Assembly: GCA_028534125.1 (NCBI GenBank)
Contig: CM052817.1
Location: 51,648,001 to 51,712,000 of the forward strand
DNA length: 64,000 nt
Source of the DNA: Lama glama
Lineage: Eukaryota
Direction: 5' to 3'
Positions 37,287 to 49,034 of the stretch are shown here, piece after piece. Both the position numbers and the translations under genes were made by a program. Positions within the stretch are counted from its first letter, which is position 1; each line of letters opens with the position of its first letter. The notes beneath the pieces were generated by a model, which saw only the letters and a program-made list of their open reading frames with translations, did no database searches and was not told the origin of the DNA.

Positions 37287-40200
37287 GTGGGACTAACAGA
37301 ATAAAGAATATCCTTTCTCTCTTTCTTTTTTCTTTTTTAATTTTAGCAACTACAGTTATCCAATTTGAATAAAAGCGTGTTGCAATTTTCTGTGTAGATC
37401 AATGACAATTGATCTGCAGTCATGATTATGGAAGCTAGAAATGTACAGGGAGCACTTTATTTGTGTTCTGCTCCTGCCAGATAGTTTACACTGCCAGAAT
37501 ACTGCCTGTAGTCTAGCATCAGCTTAACCAGGGTTCACAGCTTAAAAGATGACATCATAGGACATCTTCAGTGTGTCCCAAACACTGAAGTTGTTAATGT
37601 TCAGTAGTGACTGCAGTGTAATACAAGGAAAACACATTATCATGGCCAGTACCTGCATAATACCTATACTGTTAAGGAAGTATAAGCAGATGAGGTATAT
37701 ACATATACTGTGTAAGTTTAAAAAGTCTGTAATCAAAATCTAACACTGTAGCATACAGTTTATTTTAAAATTTGAGGGCATAAACCTGGAAATGCGTGCT
37801 TCACATTGTCTTTACTTTCTTGATTTCGTCGTCTTCCCTGAGTTGGCACCCGGGTCCACTGTAACATGTTTTGCCGTAACAGTTGTTGCAATCTAAAGGC
37901 AGAAATCATCCCTCTCCCTCTTTTCTGAATCCACAACCAGATGAGCTATTGGTAAAGGAATAACACAGATGGAAGCTAAGGATGAATTTATAATTTCTAA
38001 AGCTGGACTGTAGTATTTGGCTTAGATATATAGACACCATGAGTCTTGCTCCAACTCCCACCCCCATTTTACTGTGATTTTTGTACAGTCTAGATCTGAG
38101 TGACATACACTACTTAGAACAACTTGAGTTTTAATTGACCAGGTAAAGACAGAGGAGTGCCCAAACCAGTCTCTAAGAGGTGAGTAGAAGACCCTGACCC
38201 AGAAGTGTTTTCCTGTGGAAGCAAGGGTAGTAAAGATTGCTGACATAATGCAGAGAAGCAAATCCCAAAAGAGAAGGGAAGGAAGGGCTCAGCCACACTT
38301 ATCCAGTTGCTTCTCCCAAACTCCCAGAGACATCCTCCTTTTCTTTTAAGAAAGAGTGAAGATGGGTGGAGGAAGTTCAAAAGCTTACTTTGCAATACCC
38401 AAGAAATTGTCCAAGCTAGGACATTGGAAATGAAAGAGGGAATAAATGGCTCCCCTTATACTAATGCAAACGTATCATGAGAAATACTGATATCCCATTG
38501 ATGAAAATTACTTAAAAATTCAACATTCTGTATATATGCATAGATAAAAGAGTGTATGTAAATACAGTGAAACACACTGAAGTAATTCATAGCATTTTAA
38601 AAAATTGCTTCTTTCCTCACTGAGTCAACAATTACCAGTGTAAAGACCCAACAGAGAATAAAACAGTAGAGTTTATGTCAGGGAGGGTGGGGCTGTCTAC
38701 ATATTCTTTCTAGGTTTTGGATATCTGTACAATGCTCATATATTGGTTTTATAAATAGATGAATAGAAAAGCAGTTATTTTTGAAATAGTTGTCTTTCTA
38801 GGAATGACTTGCTGGTAGCATTATATGTAACCACTGGATTATTAGGAAACATAAATGAAGATACTTATAAGGTATTTCAAAAAATATATTATCAAATAGA
38901 TTATTCACCAAGATTGTTCTAAGAAAATATCTCTGAGACAAAGTTATGGTGGGATAAAGTTTACAGTGTCTATTGTAAAAAAAAATAGAGTAAATCAAGT
39001 AAAATGTTATGATATTAATATCCACCTCCCCCGCCAATCCCTGTTTCTCTGGGAGTAGTGGTCCAAACTGAATTGCAAGTTCTGGAAGTCTACAATTTAA
39101 ATAAATGCTGTATCCAAAAAAAAATTTGTTAAATCAAGGTTTACATTCCTTTTTCAAGTTTTGGTAAACCTTATTACTGTATACTAATGCAAAACTAGAC
39201 ATGAGTTCTTTTATAAACACTTTTAAGTCTCAGAATTTTATTGTAATTAAAGTTGACTTTAAAAGAAATTGGAATTCATAATGGCATCTTAAAGTAACTA
39301 TACACCAAAAACTATATATTTGAATATATACATAAACATATCTTAGATGAAACATACATATCTTAGATGAAATAAAGCTCAACTACAGGAAGACTAAAAG
39401 TTTGACAAGTCCTTATTTCCCTGCATCGTTTTTCTTTACCTGAAGCAACTAAGTGGACCAATGTCTGAGGTGTTTTTTGTTTTGTTTTGTTTTATTTTGT
39501 GATCTGTAAGGAAATTGTTCTAATTTTTTCCTCTTACGAGTAACCTTCAATTGTTTTTACTTTTACTTCCCAGCATATGCTTGAGTCTCATATACAAAAT
39601 ATTCATTAGAATCAAGGATTTATCTTTTTTTTTTCCTTTGAGCTACTACTTCTGTTAAAACAGTTACTCCATAAGTGATGGGGCAGAGTCCTTTTCTATT
39701 AATATTCCTTCAAATTAATTTTATCCATGTTGAAATATTTTCTTTATAGTTCATTGTATAAGTTATATTTATTCAGTAAGATTTGGTTTATGTTTAATAT
39801 TTTATAGTTCATGCTACATTAATACATTCTGTTACCTACATAATTTGAAATAAGAATAAATGATTTGGGAAAAAAGATTTCTATCCATAACCTCAATAAA
39901 TGAATAACAAGTTGCCTACTTACATGCTATAAAAACAGAAAAACTCTTAGATATAATTTTGAGGAAGTTATTACCTTCTTTTGGTCAGTGTTTTCCTTTT
40001 CACAGTGAAGATACTAATTCCCAGACTTTTTTGCCAAGCAAAATTATTGAGCATACCGATGAAATACACAAAAGGTTTTTTTTTCTTTTTACACTTTCAG
40101 AAGGGAAGAAATAAAGGATAATGAGCTTTTATACCATGTATTGAGGTGGGTGTCCTGATAGGTTTCCAGAGCTCATTTTGAATCTTCAGAATGACACTAC

Positions 40201-42081
40201 CATTTTATTGGATGGCTCTTGGCCAGACACAGGTGGCAGAGCTTTCCAGGACTCACACATTTGCCAGCTGGCATCTCTGCCTGTGATTGCCCTGCTCTAA
40301 TAGAGGTCATTGGGCCTCTCTGCTCCTGCATGGTGATGGGCCCATTGCCATCTCTTAATTAAAGACAGAGGCAAAGGGAAGCTGCCCTTTGGCAGGGTGT
40401 TTGCCAGCTGGCTCCTTCTGCTCAGGCCCTCCCCTCGCTGCATGTGAACAGTGTTTGCTAAGCAGCTGGGGAATGTAGCTCATTTGCTCAGCTGGGGCAT
40501 GAAGGCAGCAAAAGCCACTACCCTGACCAAGGACTTGGCAGCGTTTGGTTGTGGGTGTTGAAGATGTGTAGATAGTCTTGTAATATAAGGAAATTATAGT
40601 ATGGAGATGATGTAAAGGAGTGGATCAGAAGGAAATTTTAGAATATACTTAGATAATTCAAAATGTGTCTGTATGGGTTTTGATCCTTTTGATATAAGCT
40701 ATGCTAAGTCCCTTCAAAAATGCTGTATTCAGCAAACTCAGAGAGACAATGTACAATTAGACCTGCCATAAGGAACCACTGAGACCTACATAATGTTAGT
40801 AGATAAATCGTACAGAATGTTTTATAATTTTGTTCAAATGATATTAGATTATACATTATTTCAAGGAGCAGCAATCCAGTTTCCTTGCAATATTTTTTTT
40901 CTTTTTGGCCAAATTATCAATTTCTTTTTTTTTTTTTCAGTAGTTAGGAGTTATAATCATGTAAGCTTTTTAATTCTTTTTTTCTTTTCAGTAGAAGAAT
41001 TTGCCACCATGCTGTAGGGTCAAATCAAATTTACCTAGAACTGCTCAGAAGATTATTCTGAGTGCTAGGTATATTGTCTAAGTTTCCACCTGTGTGTCCT
41101 AACAAAACCCTTGATAAATAATTTCATCCCATTTTAAAGAAGAAAAAAAACTGAAGTTGAGCTACATACCTGCATTTACACATGTACTTGGTTAATAACA
41201 TGGCTGGAATTCTAACCCTGATATTCTTATGCTTTTTTTGTAAAAAAAAAAAATTCTTACTTTACATATAAATGTTAGTTAATATTTTATGTAAAAATTC
41301 TAATAATACCAAATACACCAAAATCTTTCATTTTGATTAGATTTTTTCACCAACTCAAATTCCCTTTAAACAAAATGCAAATAATAGTGAACATATATTT
41401 TAACATTTCTTACTGAAAATTACTGATTCAATCACAGCTGAACTGGAAGGTATAATATTATTGAAAAAGTCTTGCACATTCAGTCATAAAGTTGAGTGTA
41501 CTCAGACCATCAATAACTACAGTGGTTTATGGAAGCTACTTACCCCTTTTAAAAGGAACACATCAAGAAATTATCTGCTTTTTTTCACTGTTCTACCCCT
41601 ACCACATAGAAGGGGTAATAGAGTAGATAAGAGAGGATCAATAAATATTTGTGAGTGAAGAAAATGACTGACGTTACTAGGTAAAATTTTATAGAATTAA
41701 TTACCTACTTTAAATTCTTTGCAAAACTCTAATAAAATTTCCTCAACATCTTAAAGATTAGGCACATAACCTATAAAAGAAAACAAAGATCAGTTGTTTA
41801 CGTAGAGTGAATCAGAAAAACCTATTTGGATTAAAATTTAAACTATACCTCTCTAGAGAGAAATTTGGATATACTCAACCCTAAGAAAATTTTATATGAT
41901 TGAACATATTAAATGAGGAATGGGCAAACCACTTTAAAAGAAGCATATTTATGCATTGTCTATTTTAGATTGTATTGGTGGTTGCATAGAATGTGGTTAG
42001 ATGTTGACTTTGATGTGTCAAATTAGACAAAAAATAATAGTTATGACAATTAAAACATACTTTATAGTTTAATAAGTATTT

Positions 42082-42628
42082 TGTTAGATAGATAAGGGGA
42101 AGCATCAGGCAGATAGTTGGAGGAGAGGGAGGATGGTTCAGAAGATGGCATTATGCCCGCCTCCAGCATAAAAGGACATTACTTCTTCTGAATGAGTGTC
42201 AGCAAGAAACTGGTTAAAACATGACAGCCACGACTGTGCGGTAGCAGAAAGGACTTAACCTGACACGACCCAATGTTCATTGTTTTATAAATAACATTGC
42301 AGTTTAGCTCTCACCCACATGGGATTTTCTGTGGACACTATGGGTAAGGACATGGGCAAAGGGGCCAAACGTGACTAAGCATTCCAGGGACAACAGCCGT
42401 CAATCAATCAAGAGACCACCTCTGAGTGAGGCTATAAGAGAAAGGGGAGACAAAACCCTCCGCTTTTCCTCCCTTGGGTCAGCCTGCCTCCTGCTCTTGG
42501 GGGTGTACTTTTCTTTTCTTTTGGAATAAATCTTTTAAAATCTTTTGCTACACAACACACTGTCTGCCAACTGCACAGTTGTCTTTAAGGTATGACAAGA
42601 ACCAGGGTCTTTACCTTTTAGGGTAATA
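42082..42628 (+). mobile_element. Solo LTR (ERV-like) inserted in a MIR
   Basis: Starts tgttagata; TATA-like tataag near 42433; AATAAA near 42525; ends ggtaata (degenerate ...AACA). GC-richer than its flanks, with MIR-like sequence on both sides. TSD not clean. Confidence 0.7.
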
Positions 42629-44061
42629 TCTTCACATACATTGCCTTGTTTCATTCTTATAACATTTCTATGAGGAAATCCAGGCACCAATTTCTACCCT
42701 AATTGTACAGATAAAGAAACTGAGGATAAACGTACAAATGGGCTTGCTGTAGTTTAGCACATGATTTCAGTGTCCACACTAAAGGCACAGCATGGCGTGC
42801 TGTAAATTTCAAGGGACAAGGGATGTGATTTGCATTTGTTTTACATTTTAATGGCATTAGGGAGATTAAATAATAACCTTATTGCCTATTAGAGTGCTTG
42901 AAAAAAAAAACTATATTCTTGCTTTCAATTTTCTTCTCATATAGGAAAAAGAAATACTTTACATGTTATTCCCCTTAGATCTTTTTTAAAAATCAATACA
43001 TTTTTCTGCCTGTCAAGGCAAAATTCCCTGAAAACAACGGTTTACAGTGATCAATTAAGTTATTATAAGACCAATTCTTTACAAGGGGGAAAAATCTCTA
43101 AGCATACCTATTTTTAATTCATCCTATAGTATCTATCAGAAATTTAATAAATGTAGAAAGACCTAAGGAAGAAACAAGTTTAACCAAGAATTCACATAGA
43201 AAAATATAAGGAGAGAAATAATTCAAAACAAGGACTTTGTGTGTTTTAAATCTTTATTAACCCAAGATTTTATGTTCAGCATGGTAACTTCAGAGGTAAT
43301 GATGAATTATAGGTGGTTTGCCTAGACTTTTGTTAACAGTCAAAATAGGAACAGTTCCTCTTTATTTCACTTTCCAAAATTATCTTTCCAGTGTCATTTT
43401 CCCCCACTTCATTTCCATTCACTGCTAACTCAACCCAAACACATAAATATGAAAAAATAGAAAGATTTTAAAAAGGAAAAATATATTGTTGCTTATTTGT
43501 ATTTTTTCTTTACAGCTCCTTGTTTAGACTTAGTGATGTGAAATTAAAGTTCTTTAGTAACATACTCATTCCTTCTCCCAAGCCCTAAATATAACTAGAA
43601 ATCAAATTCACTAAAGATAAAAGGCATAGGTCTTACCTGGAAGTATGTGATATACTTTCACCTTTGTCTGTGAACCAGTAACACATTAGATGTGCTTCAA
43701 TAAAACGTTTATTAGAAAAATGCACACACAATTAGCAGTGCTAAAATAAAGTCTGTAAAATAACTTATCTCCTGGAAGTTGAATTTAAAAATTGTACGTA
43801 TCTATTTCTGCCCAAAGTAAGTGTGGTGAATGAGTGGAGAAGATATCCACCCTCTTCGAGTTCTAGAAAATACTTTAAGGTTCTATATAAATAATACATC
43901 TAGGATGTGTAGGTTTCCTTTGTTTCCTAGAACATCTTATTTGTACTAATAGCAGTTCTATCAGTTTCTCATTCTTTTTCTAATCTTTGATTCTAAGTTT
44001 TGCTGTCATTAGTAATGCATATATTAACTTCTTTTTATTCTATGTGCATGTGTAATCCAAG

Positions 44062-44221
44062 GACCAAGAGACCAGCTATACAATTATCAAATCTAAAGAG
44101 ACAACTATAACTGCAGAGGGCTTGAAACCAGCTTCAGTATATGTCTTCCAAATTCGAGCACGCACAGCAGCAGGATATGGTGTCTTCAGTCGAAGATTTG
44201 AGTTTGAAACCATCCCAGTGT
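44062..44221 (+). CDS. EPHA5: EPH receptor A5 coding exon (human-equivalent exon 7), C-terminal half of second FN3 domain
   Basis: aatccaag|GAC CAA GAG...CCA GTG T|gtaagt. 160 nt, phase 0 to phase 1, in frame with the previous exon. Translates [53 protein letters not shown]. Absent from the ORF track; found by reading. Confidence 0.96.
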
Positions 44222-44788
44222 GTAAGTCATTTTAATTACTGTCAACTCATGTCTCTGTAATGGTTACCAGAAAAGAGTCAGTGGATCAATACTCTCCCTG
44301 GGCATTCTGTCAGTCTCCCGCTTCTTCTCTCTCTCCCAGGAATGACCCCTTCAGGTAGGAAGCATCTGTCGTGCTATTATGGTGGGTTAGCAGGTAACAC
44401 ATCAGTCCCCACTCCTCATTGCTTTTAGTCTACTGGGAGATGAAGCATCAGGAGACCCTTAAGAAATGTTTAAACCTTGCTTTTAAAGACTTTCTTTCTA
44501 CTGCTGCCATACTTCATTGAATTATTGCCATTTAATTTTTACTTGAACTAGGCTACAAGGCTTAGTCTTTCCATGAAAACTCCACAGGGGACTTTCATTA
44601 ATATTGAGCTTGGCAAGAAAATGGTGTTTTCAGGAACCAGTGTGATTGTTCTAAAAAGTCTAAATCTCTAGCAGCATCTCTGAGTGGAGGGTCTGGAAAT
44701 ATTTCTGGAAGACCCTTCTTGTACCTTCTTTTTTTTCATAAAATAGTAAAAATGGCATTAAAACTTTTTCTTCTTAAATGTCAAAGAA

Positions 44789-45288
44789 NNNNNNNNNNNN
44801 NNNNNNNNNNNNNNNNNNNNNNNNNNNNNNNNNNNNNNNNNNNNNNNNNNNNNNNNNNNNNNNNNNNNNNNNNNNNNNNNNNNNNNNNNNNNNNNNNNNN
44901 NNNNNNNNNNNNNNNNNNNNNNNNNNNNNNNNNNNNNNNNNNNNNNNNNNNNNNNNNNNNNNNNNNNNNNNNNNNNNNNNNNNNNNNNNNNNNNNNNNNN
45001 NNNNNNNNNNNNNNNNNNNNNNNNNNNNNNNNNNNNNNNNNNNNNNNNNNNNNNNNNNNNNNNNNNNNNNNNNNNNNNNNNNNNNNNNNNNNNNNNNNNN
45101 NNNNNNNNNNNNNNNNNNNNNNNNNNNNNNNNNNNNNNNNNNNNNNNNNNNNNNNNNNNNNNNNNNNNNNNNNNNNNNNNNNNNNNNNNNNNNNNNNNNN
45201 NNNNNNNNNNNNNNNNNNNNNNNNNNNNNNNNNNNNNNNNNNNNNNNNNNNNNNNNNNNNNNNNNNNNNNNNNNNNNNNNNNNNNNNN
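44789..45288. other. Assembly gap (500 N)
   Basis: Run of N. Confidence 0.99.
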
Positions 45289-47142
45289 GACACTATTAAA
45301 GTCTTGTTATGAAGAAAATGACACACAAAAGTACTGTGAACCGTCAAATATGTGTAAATGTATATGTTTATACACATACAATACATATATACACATAATA
45401 TGTACTTTTTATATTCAAGTTATGTAAGAATTAGTGATTTTAAAATGAAAATAAAATATGTGTTTTCTCCCTTTGAAACTCAATCAAAAATGAGAACTTA
45501 GTAGATTTACTTTGTAATGAACAGAAGAATTATTAAATTAAAATTTCCATAAACCTATATAATATAGGTCTTTAGAAGATGAAGCTATACTTCTTTTTAA
45601 AGCATGTTTAACTGAATTATGTAGAAAATAATTTTTATTACTTTAAAAATAGCTGTCTAAGTATACCTTCACTTGATTTTATACAGATTAGGGTGCCATT
45701 TTGAAAAATAATAAATTCTTTCCAAGGAAAGTCCCATGTTTGATTGACAGTATTGTAATTTGAACATTTAATGCTATTTACAAGAGTTTCTTAATAGATT
45801 TGATAAGAATAGATGTAATTAGTCAGAAAATTTATGTAATATTGGTAGTGGATTATTTACTTTCATACCTTGAATCCTGATTTGGATTTATGACAAAACA
45901 CATATGATATAAATTGATCACCGTAATAGGTTTTGCTGCTATTTATGTACCATTAGTAATGTATAATGCTTATGTGGTTCACCAATTCTGGGAAAAAAGC
46001 CATAGAGTAGTATCTCACAATATGCTTGAGTGCTTGGATAACTATACAAATGAAAAATCTCATTTTAAAAGCTAGTAAAATTCCACATAGTTTTAGAATG
46101 TTGGCATGTTCAGTGACTAGTTTTTTTTCAGACTATTTGATATTCCTTCCCTTACTTTTTTTTATCAAATAGTAATTTCTAAGTATGCCAATATCCATCA
46201 GCCTGATCTCAAAGAAAATGACTGTGAAGTCATTTTCTGTATATTTTACAAAATCTCACCTGAGAATTGTCTACTTTTAAATTTTTTCCTACATAATTTC
46301 TAGAGGGAAAGAAGTATCACACGAATATTTTAGTACAAAAGCAGGTTTTTGATTAATAGATAATTAAACATCTTAGGGATGTATTTCCTCCTACATTTAG
46401 TGTGGAATTTTATTTTTACTTGAGTTGGTGTACATGTATTTCCAAGCATTTTAAGAATGACTTTTTCTTTGCACTAAGTATCTATTACATACCCATTCCC
46501 TTTGATCTTCATGTAGAAACCTTCTGGATATAATTCAGCAAGAATGTGCTATTATGTGCTTGGCTTTGCTAGACTCTGCAGAAACTAAGATGAGTAATAC
46601 ATGGAAACTTACCTCCAGAGACTAAGAATACAGTCTGTTTAATTCTGAATAATGGAATATTTGTGTCAAGAACTCTTTGGGGATAATAGTTTTGTTCACT
46701 ATTTTAAAATTTATCTTATTAACTTCCTACGCATCAAGAGTTTTCACTCTAGGTACTGGGTACTGTAGGTACAACGAGTGACTCAAATGACTTCAAAGCC
46801 CAATCCCTCTCTTCTCAAGGATTATAATCTAATAGGGAGTTAAAGAAGATGCATACTGATGATTAAAATAGCACTAATAATATCAGTAAGTTTAGGTATA
46901 AGGATCTGTTCCCCTCAAGAAGACTTATCTGTTTGGGCTGGTAAGTAGCAGAGAAGCTAAGCTGCCTCTAAGAAAATGAAAATCTCTCCCAGGTTGAGAT
47001 TTTTAAGAATCAAGGTTGTGGAAGAGACAAGAAGGATTTTAACAGTGGAGTTAGGTAAAGCCAAAGAAAGGTATGGAGTTATTTTTAACCATGGAGTTCA
47101 GACTCGATCCCTCTCTTTTATCTATAAAGTTTAACATTTCTA

Positions 47143-47263
47143 GGTTTTGGGGGTTTTTTGGTGGGGGGAGGTAATTTATTCTTAAAGGAGGTGCTGGGGA
47201 TTTAACCTAAGGAGCTCATGCATGCTAAGCATGCACTCTACCACTTGAGCTATACCTTTCCCC
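47143..47263 (-). mobile_element. tRNA-derived SINE, camelid vic-1-like
   Basis: Minus strand begins GGGGAAAGGTATAGCTCAAGTGGTAGAGTGCATGCTTAGCATGCATGAG, with an A box and degenerate B box. 19-bp TSD with 17/19 match: ataaagtttaacatttcta (47124-47142) and atgaagcttaacatttcta (47264-47282). Confidence 0.88.
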
Positions 47264-48928
47264 ATGAAGCTTAACATTTCTACAATTTGGGAAGTGGGAA
47301 TGGATTAGTGTACTGAGAAAACAAGGAAGACTCATTATGGGGATGATTTTGTTAGGAAATCAAAAGAGAGAATCAAAAGCTTTGGAGCCCAAACAAAATA
47401 ACATTGAACTTATTTGGGCCAAGTCTTCATGGATTTCTCTAGAAACAATGCCACCTGCCAAAAAGAAAGTTAAAAACTGAGAAAATAAGTAACCTGAATT
47501 TAGAATTTAATAAGGCAAATCCTGGGAAAGGCTGCTAGTGGTAGTGGGGTAGCTTTGCCTTACTCCATTATACTGCTCACCGGTAACAAATTCTCTACCA
47601 CACACCTCAGCATCAGAGAATAGGAAAAAGCAGGGTAAAGAGACATTGTATTGCAACTATTATCATCCAAGAAGAGGGAAGGCATAGATTTGGATTGCAA
47701 ATAATAGTTTTTCTTGTACATAAACCAGTTGTTGATGATATCGGGTTCTTGAAGATTGATCTGAAAGGGTTAAAAGTGTAGATCAGTGTAAACAGGTTGT
47801 CAGAGAGTCAGTCAATTTTGATTGAAAAAAATCAATGAAGACCTGATAAGACTAGGAAGGGAACCATTTGAATGCCCAAACTATTGATAGGGCCAAGATC
47901 AGATTGTAAGAAGATTATAAGAAACAAAACACGAGAAGTATGGTTGTTGTTGTTAGCTGGGATGACTTAAAATTTGTTGTCATGGAAATGAACTAATGCT
48001 ACTCTGAATTTATCAAAATGATAATGTCATTAAACAATAAGCATTTTAGGTATCCTACTGAAGATTTCACAAGAACATTAATAAAATTTATTTTTCTCTA
48101 TAGGTTTCTTATTTTAATCAGGCTTAGTTATCTTGACAAAAGAAAAATTCATTTGCTTTTTTTTAGGTACAACTATCTAATTATGTCTATATTCCTCTTA
48201 TTATGGCAATGGTGTTATTAAAATATAAAATATTTCATCTAAATTCGTGTATTAAAAAAGATCATGTAAACAAATCTAATTTTACTGCAGGTTTAAAGTT
48301 CTAAATGTATGTATGCCTTGATAGTTTTGAAAAAGTGGTCCTTCTTATAAAGTATATTTAGTGATTATATTCTGTTGGAAATTATGATTTTTAAAATTAT
48401 ATTCAGAATAGTGATATCGTATTTAACTTTAGTGAAGTCGTAGCTACATTGTTTTGGACATTTTGGGCATTTCAACCTTGTCTATGAGAAAAAACCCTAT
48501 CAGAGAAAATGAGATTGTTTTTTTCCTAGAGAACAGCCTCATGCAAACTCTAAAAATGTCAAATCTCATATACTTAGCACCTCCTATTTAAGAGGTGTTT
48601 GAAATCAAGGACTAAGCTTCATTTTATCTTGCAAATGTAAGATCCCTAAATGAGTATCATGCAAACAATTACATTAATTTTTTATGATGACAAGGAAATG
48701 ATCAGTGACTTAGCAGTTCTTCCAAATTTCCATTTGGAGAATAAATATTTTCTCCTAAAGATGTCTTTTCAATTACACACCACTGAGAAGAGATTATTAG
48801 TGGGAAATCTCAACCAAGTGTGGGTGAATGGCTTAAACCATGCATTGATTACCGGCTATTAAGCAGCTCTTATTTGAATGCATATGATCACTTTAACCAC
48901 AAGCTCCATTTTCTGTGTCTCCTATCAG

Positions 48929-49034
48929 CAGTTGCAGCATCCAGCGATCAAAGCCAGATTCCTATAATTGCTGTGTCTGTGACAGTGGGAGTCATTTTGT
49001 TGGCGGTGGTTATCGGCTTCCTCCTCAGTGGAAG
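48929..49034 (+). CDS. EPHA5: EPH receptor A5 coding exon (human-equivalent exon 8), juxtamembrane linker and transmembrane helix; alternative start at 48932
   Basis: Pyrimidine tract, then cctatcag|cag|TTGCAGCA...AGT GGA AG|gtaaga. Translates (SV or F)AASSDQSQIPIIAVSVTVGVILLAVVIGFLLSG, a hydrophobic TM segment; phase 1 to phase 2. Confidence 0.95.

Noticed and set aside
37311..37346. Strong pyrimidine tract plus TAG acceptor 60 nt after the exon 6 donor
   Set aside because: A 60-nt intron is below the usual mammalian minimum and no matching downstream donor is evident. It fits better as a U-rich element.
41033..41070. Short hairpins (ctcagaa/ttctgag here; also near 48578, 52367 and 54248)
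   Set aside because: Stems of about 7-8 bp are expected by chance in 64 kb, with no miRNA- or snoRNA-like features.
44719..45386. Longest ORFs in the track (173-201 aa), and ORFs at 23566-23842
   Set aside because: Artefacts of translating through N gaps.
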